Source of the DNA: Bacteroidales bacterium
GTDB taxonomy: Bacteria > Bacteroidota > Bacteroidia > Bacteroidales > VadinHA17
Length of the DNA: 58,659 nt
NCBI GenBank assembly: GCA_003141715.1
Contig: PLNF01000035.1
Coordinates: 9,837-68,495, forward strand
Reading direction: 5' to 3'
Made by a program: the position numbers and the translations under genes. The notes beneath the pieces are model-generated. The model was not told the DNA's origin, made no database searches, and saw only the letters and a list, made by a program, of their open reading frames with translations. This document shows, piece by piece, positions 29,022 through 38,701 of the stretch. How positions within the stretch are numbered: the first letter of the stretch is position 1; every line of letters starts with the position of its first letter.

Positions 29022-29732
29022 GTGGGAAAGAATAAACTGGCCAGATGGACTGAGTTGGGATCATACGATAATGTTATCCAGCCGGAAATCGAAGATATAT
29101 CAGGAAAAGATCACCCAATAAAAGGGAGATGGAATCAAGAGCTTTTCAAAAATGAAAATCCCATTGTTCTTGAACTCGGATGTGGCAAAGGAGAATATAC
29201 TGTCGGTCTGGCAAATAATTTCCCTGATAACAATTTTATAGGAATTGATATTAAGGGAGCCCGCATGTGGCGGGGAGCTAAAACAGCTAATGAACAGAAA
29301 TTACCAAATGTAGCTTTCCTGCGTACAAGAATTGAATTCATCAATTCCTTCTTTTCTGAAGATGAGGTTGATGAGATCTGGATTACTTTTCCCGATCCCC
29401 ATCCTGGCGGAAGAAACTCAAATAAGAGACTGACATCTCCGTGGTTCCTTAATTCTTATCGTCATTTTCTAAAAGATAAAGGATTAATTCATCTGAAAAC
29501 CGACAACAAAGAGCTTTACAATTTCACAAATAAAGTTTTAGATTATAATGACCTTGAACCCATTCTCTCAACAAATGATCTGTATTCAGAAAAAATTGAT
29601 AATATTCTTTCAATCAGAACCCATTATGAAAAGATTTTTCTGGATGCGGGTCTAAAAATAAACTATTTATCTTTCAGGCTTGATAAAGAAAAAATTATCA
29701 AAAATGCTCCAGGTAAAGAAAAAAATAAATGA
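29022..29732 (+). CDS. trmB: tRNA (guanine-N7)-methyltransferase
   Basis: LELGCGKG, GIDIKGAR, ITFPDP, HLKTD, THYE. Confidence 0.96.
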   Translation: MGKNKLARWTELGSYDNVIQPEIEDISGKDHPIKGRWNQELFKNENPIVLELGCGKGEYTVGLANNFPDNNFIGIDIKGARMWRGAKTANEQKLPNVAFLRTRIEFINSFFSEDEVDEIWITFPDPHPGGRNSNKRLTSPWFLNSYRHFLKDKGLIHLKTDNKELYNFTNKVLDYNDLEPILSTNDLYSEKIDNILSIRTHYEKIFLDAGLKINYLSFRLDKEKIIKNAPGKEKNK

Positions 29733-30054
29733 CGACTTTTTCTCAAAGGTGTATCAGGTGACAAAGTGTATACCCTACGGAAGGATAACCTCGTATGGTG
29801 CCATCGCCCGCTATCTGGGTTCCGGCAGGTCGGCACGTATGGTTGGCTGGGCACTTAATGTAAGTCACATCAATCAAGAATTTATACCTGCTCACAGGGT
29901 TGTAAACCGGAATGGCCTTCTCACCGGCAAACATCATTTCGGTAATTCGACAACTATGGAACAACTTCTTGTTAATGAGGGTATTATCATTGTAAATGAT
30001 TGGATAATCAATTTTGAAGAAAAGTTCTGGGATCCTGGAACAGAACTTAAATAA
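29704..30054 (+). CDS. MGMT-family alkyltransferase-like (ATL) DNA-binding protein
   Basis: IPYGRITSYGAIA, ARMVG, PAHRVV (no active-site Cys); start uncertain (29680 or 29704). Confidence 0.88.
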   Translation: MLQVKKKINDDFFSKVYQVTKCIPYGRITSYGAIARYLGSGRSARMVGWALNVSHINQEFIPAHRVVNRNGLLTGKHHFGNSTTMEQLLVNEGIIIVNDWIINFEEKFWDPGTELK

Positions 30055-30258
30055 GTTTGGAGTGCCTGAAGATAAACCCCCTTTTTATTCCCCCCACTGG
30101 GGGGAAAAATCCTCACTGGTTTAGTGTAATTATGGTAATTACCAGCGTATTATCTCCCCCCACGGGGGAGATGTCAGCGAAGCTGACAGAGGGGTGTTAC
30201 TCCCGAAACAGGACCCCAAGGGGGAGATGGTATTTTAACTCTAGCTCACTCCAAACTT
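30053..30258. mobile_element. MITE/REPIN-like composite non-coding element with 12-bp terminal inverted repeats and internal GC-rich hairpins
   Basis: aagtttggagtg (30053-30064) / cactccaaactt (30247-30258); internal hairpins at 30088-30106, 30152-30172, 30172-30188; mobility is inferred only. Confidence 0.55.
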
Positions 30259-30349
30259 TTACTATATACATTTTGTATTTTAACAAAAAACCGTTAAACT
30301 TGCACCTTGTTTATATTTAAATCAAATAAAAATAACGGTAAATAACTGG

Positions 30350-31453
30350 ATGTATTCAAAAGATCAGATATTAAAAGCCCTTTACAGGGTCGTACACCCG
30401 GAAAAAAAGAAAGATATAGTTACCCTGGGAATGATCTCTGAAGTTGAATCCGGTGAAAACGGAATATCTATCACACTTACTCCTGATAAGTCGAACGACC
30501 CTTTCATCTCATCGATCAAGAGCACAATTGTCAGGACAATAAAAGAGGTTCTTGGACCCGATGCGATAATTAACGAAATAAAAGTTCAGCCAAAGGTCAT
30601 AGTTGGGAAACAAAAGGAAAAACCGCAGGATGTTTTACCCGGAGTATCAAATATAATTGCTGTGGCATCTGGAAAGGGTGGTGTAGGGAAGACGACAATC
30701 GCTGTAAACCTGGCTATCTCCCTGGCGAGAATGGGATATAAGGTCGGACTCCTTGATGCAGACATCTTCGGACCATCGGTTCCAAAAATGTTTAATGAAG
30801 AAAAATTCAGACCCGAAGTAAGAAGAGACGAACATGCTGATCACATTATTCCATTAACTAAATTCGGAGTTAAAGTTCTCTCAACAGGTTTTTTTGTTGA
30901 TCCGGCAGATGCAGTTATCTGGCGGGGGCCTATGGCTTCCAACTTCCTTAAACAACTGATAATGCAGGGTGATTGGGGGCAACTCGATTATCTGCTTGTT
31001 GATTTACCTCCCGGTACAAGCGATATTCATCTGACTCTTGTTCAGGAGGTTCCTGTTACCGGAGCCATTGTTATCAGCACACCTCAGGATGTTGCTCTTG
31101 CAGATGCAATGAAAGGGATATCAATGTTCAGGAGCAATAAAATTAATGTGCCGGTACTCGGTTTGGTCGAAAACATGTCGTGGTTTACTCCTGCAGAACT
31201 TCCGGAGAACAAATACTACATTTTCGGAAAAGATGGCTGCAGGAAACTAGCTGAAAAAATGAATGTCCCTCTGCTTGGGCAAATTCCTCTTGTTCAGAGC
31301 ATCTGTGAAGGCAGCGATAATGGTCAACCGGTAGCCCTGGGTGATTCAATCACAGGAAAAGCGTTTATGGCACTTGCCGAGGAACTTATTAAGAGAATAG
31401 GGCAAAGAAATAAAGAACAGGGCCAAACCGTTAAACTTAAGATTACTAAATAA
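30350..31453 (+). CDS. mrp: Mrp/NBP35/ApbC family ATP-binding Fe-S carrier
   Basis: SGKGGVGKT, DADIFGPS, WRGP, DLPPGTSD, VENMS. Confidence 0.93.
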   Translation: MYSKDQILKALYRVVHPEKKKDIVTLGMISEVESGENGISITLTPDKSNDPFISSIKSTIVRTIKEVLGPDAIINEIKVQPKVIVGKQKEKPQDVLPGVSNIIAVASGKGGVGKTTIAVNLAISLARMGYKVGLLDADIFGPSVPKMFNEEKFRPEVRRDEHADHIIPLTKFGVKVLSTGFFVDPADAVIWRGPMASNFLKQLIMQGDWGQLDYLLVDLPPGTSDIHLTLVQEVPVTGAIVISTPQDVALADAMKGISMFRSNKINVPVLGLVENMSWFTPAELPENKYYIFGKDGCRKLAEKMNVPLLGQIPLVQSICEGSDNGQPVALGDSITGKAFMALAEELIKRIGQRNKEQGQTVKLKITK

Positions 31454-31466
31454 ATTTACGAAAGAT

Positions 31467-31706
31467 ATGACAGACACTACCAGTATTAAAGATCGCGTTC
31501 TGAAAGCGCTTGAAAGAGTAAGACCTTATCTTCAGTCTGACGGAGGAGATATAGAATTCATTGATGTTATTGATGATATGACTGTCAAAGTTAAGCTTAC
31601 AGGTGCATGTCATGGCTGTCCTTACAGCATGCAGACTTTAAAGGCAGGAGTTGAACAGGCTATAATGAAGGAAGTACCCGAAATAAAGAGAGTTATTTCA
31701 GCCTGA
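31467..31706 (+). CDS. NifU/Nfu C-terminal domain Fe-S scaffold protein
   Basis: RPYLQSDGGD, LTGACHGCP. Confidence 0.93.
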   Translation: MTDTTSIKDRVLKALERVRPYLQSDGGDIEFIDVIDDMTVKVKLTGACHGCPYSMQTLKAGVEQAIMKEVPEIKRVISA

Positions 31707-31731
31707 GAAACCACATCAGCTCAATTTTATT

Positions 31732-31739
31732 TACCTTTG
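31732..31739 (+). promoter_or_regulatory. -7 promoter element upstream of porW-porX-tsaE
   Basis: TACCTTTG. Confidence 0.55.
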
Positions 31740-31786
31740 AAATACTATACACAAAATTAGTTAGTTATAGTATTAAAAGTCACTTA

Positions 31787-34441
31787 TTGGCTTCAAACAA
31801 AACATCATACAAATATCTGGTGCTATTGGGGTTATCCCTGGCACTTACATACTGTTCGGTTGAAAAAAACACGGGCTCAAGCAGGTTTTATCAGAGTATG
31901 ACAGCCAGATATAACATCTACTTTAATGGTTATGAGAGCTTTAAGGCCGGCCTGGTTAAGATATCAAAGGGTTATCAGGATGATTATGCAGAATTACTGA
32001 GGGTGTTTGAATACAGTGATCCTTCGACAGCTTCTCTTTGTTCTTCTGACATGGAAAGGGCAATACAGAAAGCCTCAAAACTTATTTCCCTGAAGTCAAT
32101 AACTGCAAAACCAGAATTCAAAGATTCGCATGAACTCTCCGAAAAGGATAAAAAACTCGTCGAAAGGAAAGAATATAATGAGTGGGTTGACGACAGTTAT
32201 CTGCTTATCGGTAAAGCGAAGTTTTATAAACATGAGTACAATGCAGCCACTTCAATATTCAATTACTGTATAACCGATGCAAACGATCCGCTAATTAAAA
32301 CGGAGGCTGTTATCTGGCTGGCCAGAATATATAATGAGACCGGCAATTATAGCGAGTCATACAGATTAATCAATGGCATCGATATTACAACGGACTTTGC
32401 AAAGTCGTTAAAATCAATGTACTATACAACCCTTGCTGATCTGTTCATCAAACAAAAAAGGTATTCTGAAGCAATAGATCCACTTAGGAAATCAATTGAA
32501 CTTGTTTCAGGTAAAAGGACCAGGTACAGGTTTACTTATCTAAGCGCTCAGTTATATGAGAAGACAGGAGATGGAGCCAGGGCTACATCACTATATCGCA
32601 AAGTTGTTAATATGAACCCACCTTATGATGTCGAATTTAATGCCAGAATAAACATTGCTGGTGTTTTTGATGTTAACTCCGGCAATCCGCAGGAAATTAG
32701 AAGGGAGCTTGAAAGAATGCTTAATGATTCTAAAAACAAGGAGTATCAGGACCAGATTTACTTTGCACTTGGTAATATATCGATGAAAGAGGGAAATGAG
32801 TCGGAAGCCCTTGGATACTTCAGAAAATCTGCAATTGCAAAATCGCAGAATCAGAATCAGAAAGGCAGATCTTACCTTGCTCTTGCAGGTTATTATTTTA
32901 AGAAACCAGATTATTTGAAGGCAGGGACCTACTATGATAGTGCTGTCTTTTTTCTGAATCAGAAATATCCCGATTATCTCGCAATAAAAACCAAATCACA
33001 AAACCTGAATGCTCTTGTTTCCCAATTGAAAATAATACAGCGTGAGGACAGCCTTCAGAAGGTTGCCAGGATGACTGAACCTGAAAGGAATGCACTGATT
33101 GCATCAATAATAGCAAAGACAGTTAAAGACCAAAGTGAAGGCAAAACCTCAGCCAATTCCGACAGGTACAATCTTGGAGAGTATTATGAAAATGAAAGAC
33201 GGGCTCAGGGGAATATTGATCAGGAGGGCAAATGGTATTTTTATAATCAGACCGCGTTGACTTTTGGCCGGACTGAATTCCATAAACGCTGGGGTGACAG
33301 AAAACTTGAAGACAATTGGAGAAGGTCTAACAAAACGAGAGTAAATAATGTACAGGCTTCCAATAATCCCAATGAGGCTGCGCAGCATGTATCTGACACC
33401 CTGGCAGCCGAAACCGATTATAAAAAACCTCAATTCTATTTAAAAAATCTACCGCTAAAGGACTCTTTAATTATTATTTCTAACGATAAAATAGCTATTG
33501 CCATGCTAAATGCAGGCAAAGCATATGCTGAACGCATTCCAGACCCTGTCAAAGCAACTGAAACATTCGAGTCGCTTATTAACCGTTTCCCTTCCAGTGA
33601 CCTTGTTCCTGAAACATTATATAATCTGTATAATGTAAATAAAGAGGGGAATAATGCAAAATCCGAAACCTACAGACAACGATTACTGCAAAAGTATCCC
33701 GATAATGAGTTTGCCAGAATACTTTCAGATCCTGCCTATTACGAGAAAAAAATGGCTGAACTGAAAATGGCTGAAAAAACTTATGAAGATGCTTATACCG
33801 CATACACAAGTGAAAAATTCAAAGATGCAATTTCTATCAGCGATGATGCACTGAAAAAATATCCTAAGGATCAGCTCGCGCCTAAATTTTTGCTTATCCG
33901 GGCTTATTCGGTTGGCAAAATAACTGATGAAAGAACTTTCGAGGAAGAACTTAATAATCTTATTAAACTATGGCCTGAAACAGCTGAGAGTAAGAAAGCT
34001 GCCCAGATAATTGCATACCTCAACCAGAAGATGCCTGAACTTAAAGTTGAAGAAGATAAAAAAATTGCTACTGAAATTTACACTGCCGATACGACTGTAA
34101 ATCATGTTTTTGTATTGATTATCACCGATCCTGCTTTTAATTTGAACCAGGCATCATTTGATGTAATCAGCTATAATATTGATAATTTTACAAATAAAAA
34201 TTACAAGACAGTTGGAGCACTCGTTGATAATAAATTTATACAGATAATTGTTTCCGGGTTTTCTGATTTTACTCAGGCACTCGATTATTACTATACTTTT
34301 AAAACTGAAAAGAATGTTAGAAATCCGACTGGTTCAAAGATGATGACATTTATAATAAGCGACAACAACCTCAAAGTCCTGAAAAACGATAAGGATCCCG
34401 GACGTTATCAGCTTTTCTTTAAGGATAAATATTTAAAATGA
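31787..34441 (+). CDS. porW: T9SS TPR lipoprotein PorW/SprE homolog
   Basis: TARYNIYFNG, TPR repeats, KWYFYN, WGDRKLEDNWRRS; directly upstream of porX. Confidence 0.8.
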   Translation: MASNKTSYKYLVLLGLSLALTYCSVEKNTGSSRFYQSMTARYNIYFNGYESFKAGLVKISKGYQDDYAELLRVFEYSDPSTASLCSSDMERAIQKASKLISLKSITAKPEFKDSHELSEKDKKLVERKEYNEWVDDSYLLIGKAKFYKHEYNAATSIFNYCITDANDPLIKTEAVIWLARIYNETGNYSESYRLINGIDITTDFAKSLKSMYYTTLADLFIKQKRYSEAIDPLRKSIELVSGKRTRYRFTYLSAQLYEKTGDGARATSLYRKVVNMNPPYDVEFNARINIAGVFDVNSGNPQEIRRELERMLNDSKNKEYQDQIYFALGNISMKEGNESEALGYFRKSAIAKSQNQNQKGRSYLALAGYYFKKPDYLKAGTYYDSAVFFLNQKYPDYLAIKTKSQNLNALVSQLKIIQREDSLQKVARMTEPERNALIASIIAKTVKDQSEGKTSANSDRYNLGEYYENERRAQGNIDQEGKWYFYNQTALTFGRTEFHKRWGDRKLEDNWRRSNKTRVNNVQASNNPNEAAQHVSDTLAAETDYKKPQFYLKNLPLKDSLIIISNDKIAIAMLNAGKAYAERIPDPVKATETFESLINRFPSSDLVPETLYNLYNVNKEGNNAKSETYRQRLLQKYPDNEFARILSDPAYYEKKMAELKMAEKTYEDAYTAYTSEKFKDAISISDDALKKYPKDQLAPKFLLIRAYSVGKITDERTFEEELNNLIKLWPETAESKKAAQIIAYLNQKMPELKVEEDKKIATEIYTADTTVNHVFVLIITDPAFNLNQASFDVISYNIDNFTNKNYKTVGALVDNKFIQIIVSGFSDFTQALDYYYTFKTEKNVRNPTGSKMMTFIISDNNLKVLKNDKDPGRYQLFFKDKYLK

Positions 34442-35991
34442 GGAAAATAAAAATACTCTGGACAGATGACGAGGTAGAGGCACTGAAACCTCATATTTTT
34501 TTCCTTGAAGAGAAAGGTTATGAGATTGACACCTGCTCAAACGGTAACGATACAATCGACCTTGTCAGGCAGAACCGTTATGATCTGATTTTTCTAGATG
34601 AAAATATGCCCGGCTTAAGCGGAATTGAGACATTAAAGCTGATAAAGGAGGTCAGGACCGATATTCCTGTTGTGATGATCACCAAAAGTGATGAAGAAGA
34701 TATAATGGAAGCTGCCATAGGATCAGAAATTGCTGATTATCTGATTAAACCGGTCAAGCCAAAGCAGGTACTTCTGGCAATAAAAAAGATTCTCGATCAA
34801 CGACGCCTGGTAACGGAAAAAACAACCACTGATTACAGACAGGAATTCAACCGGATCAGCAGCATGATCTCTTCGGCCTCAACTTTTACCGACTGGACAG
34901 AGTTGTATAAGAAAATAGTCTTCTGGGAATCTGAACTTGAAAAATCTACCGACCCGGGTATGACTGATATCCTTAAACTGCAACAGAACGAGGCAAATAA
35001 TTCGTTTTCGAAATTCATCACTTATAATTATCTCGATTGGCTAAGGCCTGAAAGTACAAATAAACCGTTGCTTTCCCCTGCACTTTTTTCGCAGAAAATT
35101 TTCCCCCGGATAGATCAAAACAGACCCCTGTTCTTTATCCTTATCGATAACATGAGGTATGACCAGTGGAAAACTATCTCCGCTGAGTTATCGGGGTTGT
35201 ACAGGATCATTGAAGAGGATCTGTATTACAGCATTTTGCCAACTTCAACACAATTCAGCAGGAATTCTATTTTCTCAGGTTTAATGCCGTCTGCAATTGC
35301 AGAACTTAGGCCTGATTTATGGATAAACGATGATGAAGAGGTGGGTAAAAATAATTCTGAAGAAGAGTTATTCAGAGACCAGTTAAAGCGTAAAGGGCTT
35401 AAATACAAATGGTCGTATACTAAAATAAGCAGCAGCCTTGAAGGTAAAAAAGTAAATGATAAAGTAAGGTCGATGCTTGAAAATGACTTAAATATACTTG
35501 TTTTCAATTTTGTCGATATGTTATCACATGCAAGAACCGAGATAAGTATGATCCGCGACCTCGCTAACGATGAGCCTGCATACAGGAGCCTGACCCGTTC
35601 ATGGTTCATGCATTCATCTTTGTTCGAATTACTAAAAACACTTGCCTCACATCCTGTTAAAGTAATCTTCAGCACTGACCATGGTACAATAAGAGTACAG
35701 AACCCGATAAAAATAATAGGAGACAGAAAAACATCCCCAAATCTCAGGTATAAAATGGGCAGAAACCTTGATTACGATCCAAAAAAAGTTTTTGAGCTGA
35801 CCAGCCCCGAAAAAGCAATGCTTCCGAAAACCAATTTAAGTTCAAGATATATTTTTGCCATGAACCAGGACTTCCTTGTCTATCAGAACAATTATAACCA
35901 TTATGCCGGCTATTACAAAGATACCTTTCAACATGGAGGAATTTCTATGCAGGAGATAATGATACCTGTTGCATATCTTGAACCTGTTTAA
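34438..35991 (+). CDS. porX: T9SS response regulator PorX (receiver + PglZ/alkaline-phosphatase-like domain)
   Basis: ILWTDDE, FLDENMPG, IDNMRYDQW, NFVDMLSHART, STDHG, FQHGGIS. Confidence 0.93.
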   Translation: MRKIKILWTDDEVEALKPHIFFLEEKGYEIDTCSNGNDTIDLVRQNRYDLIFLDENMPGLSGIETLKLIKEVRTDIPVVMITKSDEEDIMEAAIGSEIADYLIKPVKPKQVLLAIKKILDQRRLVTEKTTTDYRQEFNRISSMISSASTFTDWTELYKKIVFWESELEKSTDPGMTDILKLQQNEANNSFSKFITYNYLDWLRPESTNKPLLSPALFSQKIFPRIDQNRPLFFILIDNMRYDQWKTISAELSGLYRIIEEDLYYSILPTSTQFSRNSIFSGLMPSAIAELRPDLWINDDEEVGKNNSEEELFRDQLKRKGLKYKWSYTKISSSLEGKKVNDKVRSMLENDLNILVFNFVDMLSHARTEISMIRDLANDEPAYRSLTRSWFMHSSLFELLKTLASHPVKVIFSTDHGTIRVQNPIKIIGDRKTSPNLRYKMGRNLDYDPKKVFELTSPEKAMLPKTNLSSRYIFAMNQDFLVYQNNYNHYAGYYKDTFQHGGISMQEIMIPVAYLEPV

Positions 35992-36010
35992 GCATTTGTT
36001 TTTTAACCCG

Positions 36011-36424
36011 ATGAAAATTTTAATAAAAGATAAAAGGCATCTATCTGTTGCTTCCAAACAACTTCTGAAATATTCAGGAGATAAGAAAATATTTGCCTTT
36101 TACGGATCTATGGGTGCAGGTAAAACAACAATTATCAAAGCCATCTGTGAATATCTGGGTGCTGTAGATATTGTAAGCAGCCCTACTTTCACACTGGTAA
36201 ATGAATATAAGACATCTGCCGGAGAATCATTATTTCATATCGATTTCTATAGAATAAAGAAACAGGAAGAGGTGTACGACTTTGGCTTTGAGGAGTACCT
36301 TACCGGCGAGTCATATTGCTTTATGGAGTGGCCTGAACTTATAGAAGAATTACTCCCCCCTGAGACAGTAATTGTGAGAATTTCAGTTGATAACCACGAA
36401 CAAAGGACCCTTTCAATATCTTAA
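36011..36424 (+). CDS. tsaE: tRNA t6A biosynthesis ATPase
   Basis: GSMGAGKTT, SSPTFTLVNEY, HIDFYRI, MEWP. Confidence 0.96.
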   Translation: MKILIKDKRHLSVASKQLLKYSGDKKIFAFYGSMGAGKTTIIKAICEYLGAVDIVSSPTFTLVNEYKTSAGESLFHIDFYRIKKQEEVYDFGFEEYLTGESYCFMEWPELIEELLPPETVIVRISVDNHEQRTLSIS

Positions 36425-36435
36425 AATTATCTGAT

Positions 36436-36466
36436 TTTGCTCTCTATTCCAAATTATTTACCTTTG
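36436..36466 (+). promoter_or_regulatory. Sigma-A promoter (-33/-7) of the ald-like gene
   Basis: TTTG (36436-36439), 19-bp spacer, TACCTTTG (36459-36466). Confidence 0.65.
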
Positions 36467-36485
36467 AGGAAATAACTTCCTCACG

Positions 36486-37709
36486 ATGATGAATGGTAAA
36501 GCTAAGAGCGGAAAAGTAAGTTTTGAAAATACTGTTTTCATGCCAAAAGAGGAACACCTTGAAACTGCCGTTAAGAACCGCAGAATTTCGATCGGTATTC
36601 CCTGCGACAAAAAAGATGACGAGAAAAGAGTTGCGCTGACTCCGGAAGCGGTTTGTTTGCTCGTTGAAAGTGACAATGAAGTTATTGTTCAGAAAGGTGC
36701 AGGACTGGGAGCAAATTATACTGATAAGGATTACAGCGAGAACGGAGCTATAATAAGTGACTCCCCTGCCAGGGTCTTCAGTGCCGATGCAGTAATAAAG
36801 GTTGCCCCGTTTTCTGAGAAAGAGACTGAATTTCTTAAAGGTAATCAGGTAATCTTATCATACCTTAATGTTCTAAAACTTAGTGAAGAAACTCTTGGAA
36901 AGCTCATACGAAAAAAAGTAACTGCTCTCGCTTTTGAAAAGATACGTGACGCTAACGGGGAACTGCCTGTTGTGGAATCAATGAGCGAAATCGCAGGAAT
37001 AACATCTCTTCTGATTGCATCGGAATATCTCAGTAATATGCATGGAGGCAAGGGAGTGATGCTTGGCGGAATTACCGGAGTCACTCCAACGGAAGTTGTC
37101 ATTTTAGGTGCAAATACCGCAGGTGAATTTGCTGCGAGAGCAGCTATCGGACTTGGATCTACTGTAAAAATTTTCGACAATTCCCTTCCTCGCCTGAGAA
37201 AGTTTCAGAATCTGCTGGGGCAACGTCTTCAGACTTCAGTATTTCATCCTCAGGTTCTCAAGAAAGCTCTTAAGTCAGCCGATGTTCTGATCGGTGCTAT
37301 TGAACTTGAGGATCTCAGGCCCTGGTATTACATAACAGAAGATATGGTACGGAACATGAAAAAAGGCGCAGTGATTATCGACCTGAGTATTGACCGTGGT
37401 GGTTGTATCGAAACAACTGAATGCCGTGCCCTAAAGGATCCTGTTTATGAGAAACATGGTGTTATTCATTTTTCTGCCTGGAACCTCCCGTCGCGTGTTG
37501 CACGTACAGCTTCAATATCTCTCAGCAATATTTTTACTCCTTTGCTTCAAAGTATGGCTGATGCAGGTGGGATTACTCAATTGCTGAAGTATGATCAGGG
37601 TGTTCGAAACAGCGCCTATCTTTATAATGGTATGCTCACAAATGAAACGTTAGGCCAGAAGTTCGGAATCATATCTAAAGACCTCGATCTTCTGATTTCA
37701 GCCTTCTGA
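36486..37709 (+). CDS. Alanine dehydrogenase/PNT family protein (degenerate active-site motifs)
   Basis: EKRVALTP, MSEIAG, GKGVMLGG, SIDRGGCIET; but KVAPF, YLNV and GANTAG replace KVKEP, YLHL and GxGxxG. Confidence 0.85.
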   Translation: MMNGKAKSGKVSFENTVFMPKEEHLETAVKNRRISIGIPCDKKDDEKRVALTPEAVCLLVESDNEVIVQKGAGLGANYTDKDYSENGAIISDSPARVFSADAVIKVAPFSEKETEFLKGNQVILSYLNVLKLSEETLGKLIRKKVTALAFEKIRDANGELPVVESMSEIAGITSLLIASEYLSNMHGGKGVMLGGITGVTPTEVVILGANTAGEFAARAAIGLGSTVKIFDNSLPRLRKFQNLLGQRLQTSVFHPQVLKKALKSADVLIGAIELEDLRPWYYITEDMVRNMKKGAVIIDLSIDRGGCIETTECRALKDPVYEKHGVIHFSAWNLPSRVARTASISLSNIFTPLLQSMADAGGITQLLKYDQGVRNSAYLYNGMLTNETLGQKFGIISKDLDLLISAF

Positions 37710-37712
37710 TTA

Positions 37713-38627
37713 TCAAACAAATCGAAGGGTAGCCGTATGACCCTTGACTTCAATCTTTGCCTGCTTCCCTATATAGAATGCCCTGTTATCAGCAATATGA
37801 CCGGCGGGAAAGTTAAATAGGATTGGGTAGTTATATTCACTGACGATCCCAAGGATTGTCTCTTCAACATTTTTCCCCCATGGTATCTTCACCTCTTCAA
37901 TTCTATTCATTCCACCAATAACCAGTGCTGCCAGGCCTTCAAGCTTACCTGAAAGTTTTAGAGATGTCAGCATCCTGTCGATGTGATAAAAATACTCTCC
38001 TCCCTCTTCAACAAACAATATCTTTCCTTTTGTTAAGGGTTCTGCCTGAGTTCCCGAAAGACTATAAAGAAGTGAAAGATTCCCTCCTGTCAGTTCTCCG
38101 GTTACATTTGCCGGTTTATAAATGTTACCGGTCCATTTATGAAACCTGAGATCACCGAATAATGCATTTTTCAAAGAGATGAATGTGCCACTTGTCTTTT
38201 CGGTATTATTAAAGTTAAGAGGCATTTCTCCATGAATCGACATGACTCCGCATACTTCGTTTAACCACATGTGCAGTACTGTGATATCGCTGAATCCGGA
38301 ATACCATTTTGAAGTAATATTCAATGCCGAAAAATCGACCCTGTTGATTATTTTTGAAAGCCCATAGCCTCCTCTTGAACAGAATACTGCTTTAATATCA
38401 GGATCATCTGTCATCTCCTGGAGATCGTAAAGCCTTTCTGCATCACTCCCTGCAAAGGGACCATTCTTTTTCGCTGCGTTCTTCCCAATACGGACTCTCA
38501 ATCCCCATTTCTCAAGAAATGCCACAGCTTCAATTAGAATATTTTCCTCTATGTAAAATGAAGGGGAAACTATTGCCACCTCATCTCCCGGCTTCAAAAA
38601 AGGGGGTTGTATCTTTCTTGATCTCAT
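37713..38627 (-). CDS. LD-carboxypeptidase (peptidase S66)
   Basis: SRGGYG, GFSDIT, GGNLS, VEE, PAGH catalytic Ser-Glu-His. Confidence 0.93.
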   Translation of the reverse strand: MRSRKIQPPFLKPGDEVAIVSPSFYIEENILIEAVAFLEKWGLRVRIGKNAAKKNGPFAGSDAERLYDLQEMTDDPDIKAVFCSRGGYGLSKIINRVDFSALNITSKWYSGFSDITVLHMWLNEVCGVMSIHGEMPLNFNNTEKTSGTFISLKNALFGDLRFHKWTGNIYKPANVTGELTGGNLSLLYSLSGTQAEPLTKGKILFVEEGGEYFYHIDRMLTSLKLSGKLEGLAALVIGGMNRIEEVKIPWGKNVEETILGIVSEYNYPILFNFPAGHIADNRAFYIGKQAKIEVKGHTATLRFV

Positions 38628-38654
38628 ATTTACATTATGTTTTGTAAAAGTAAT

Positions 38655-38662
38655 TATCTTTG
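38655..38662 (+). promoter_or_regulatory. -7 promoter element upstream of metG
   Basis: TATCTTTG; supports the ATG at 38702 over the track's 38660. Confidence 0.6.
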
Positions 38663-38701
38663 TTCGATTTTAAAAAAAGCGAATACCTCATTATCAATAT
38701 C

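Noticed and set aside
30057-30320. 87-aa ORF
   Set aside because: Translation of the palindromic repeat element; no protein-like features
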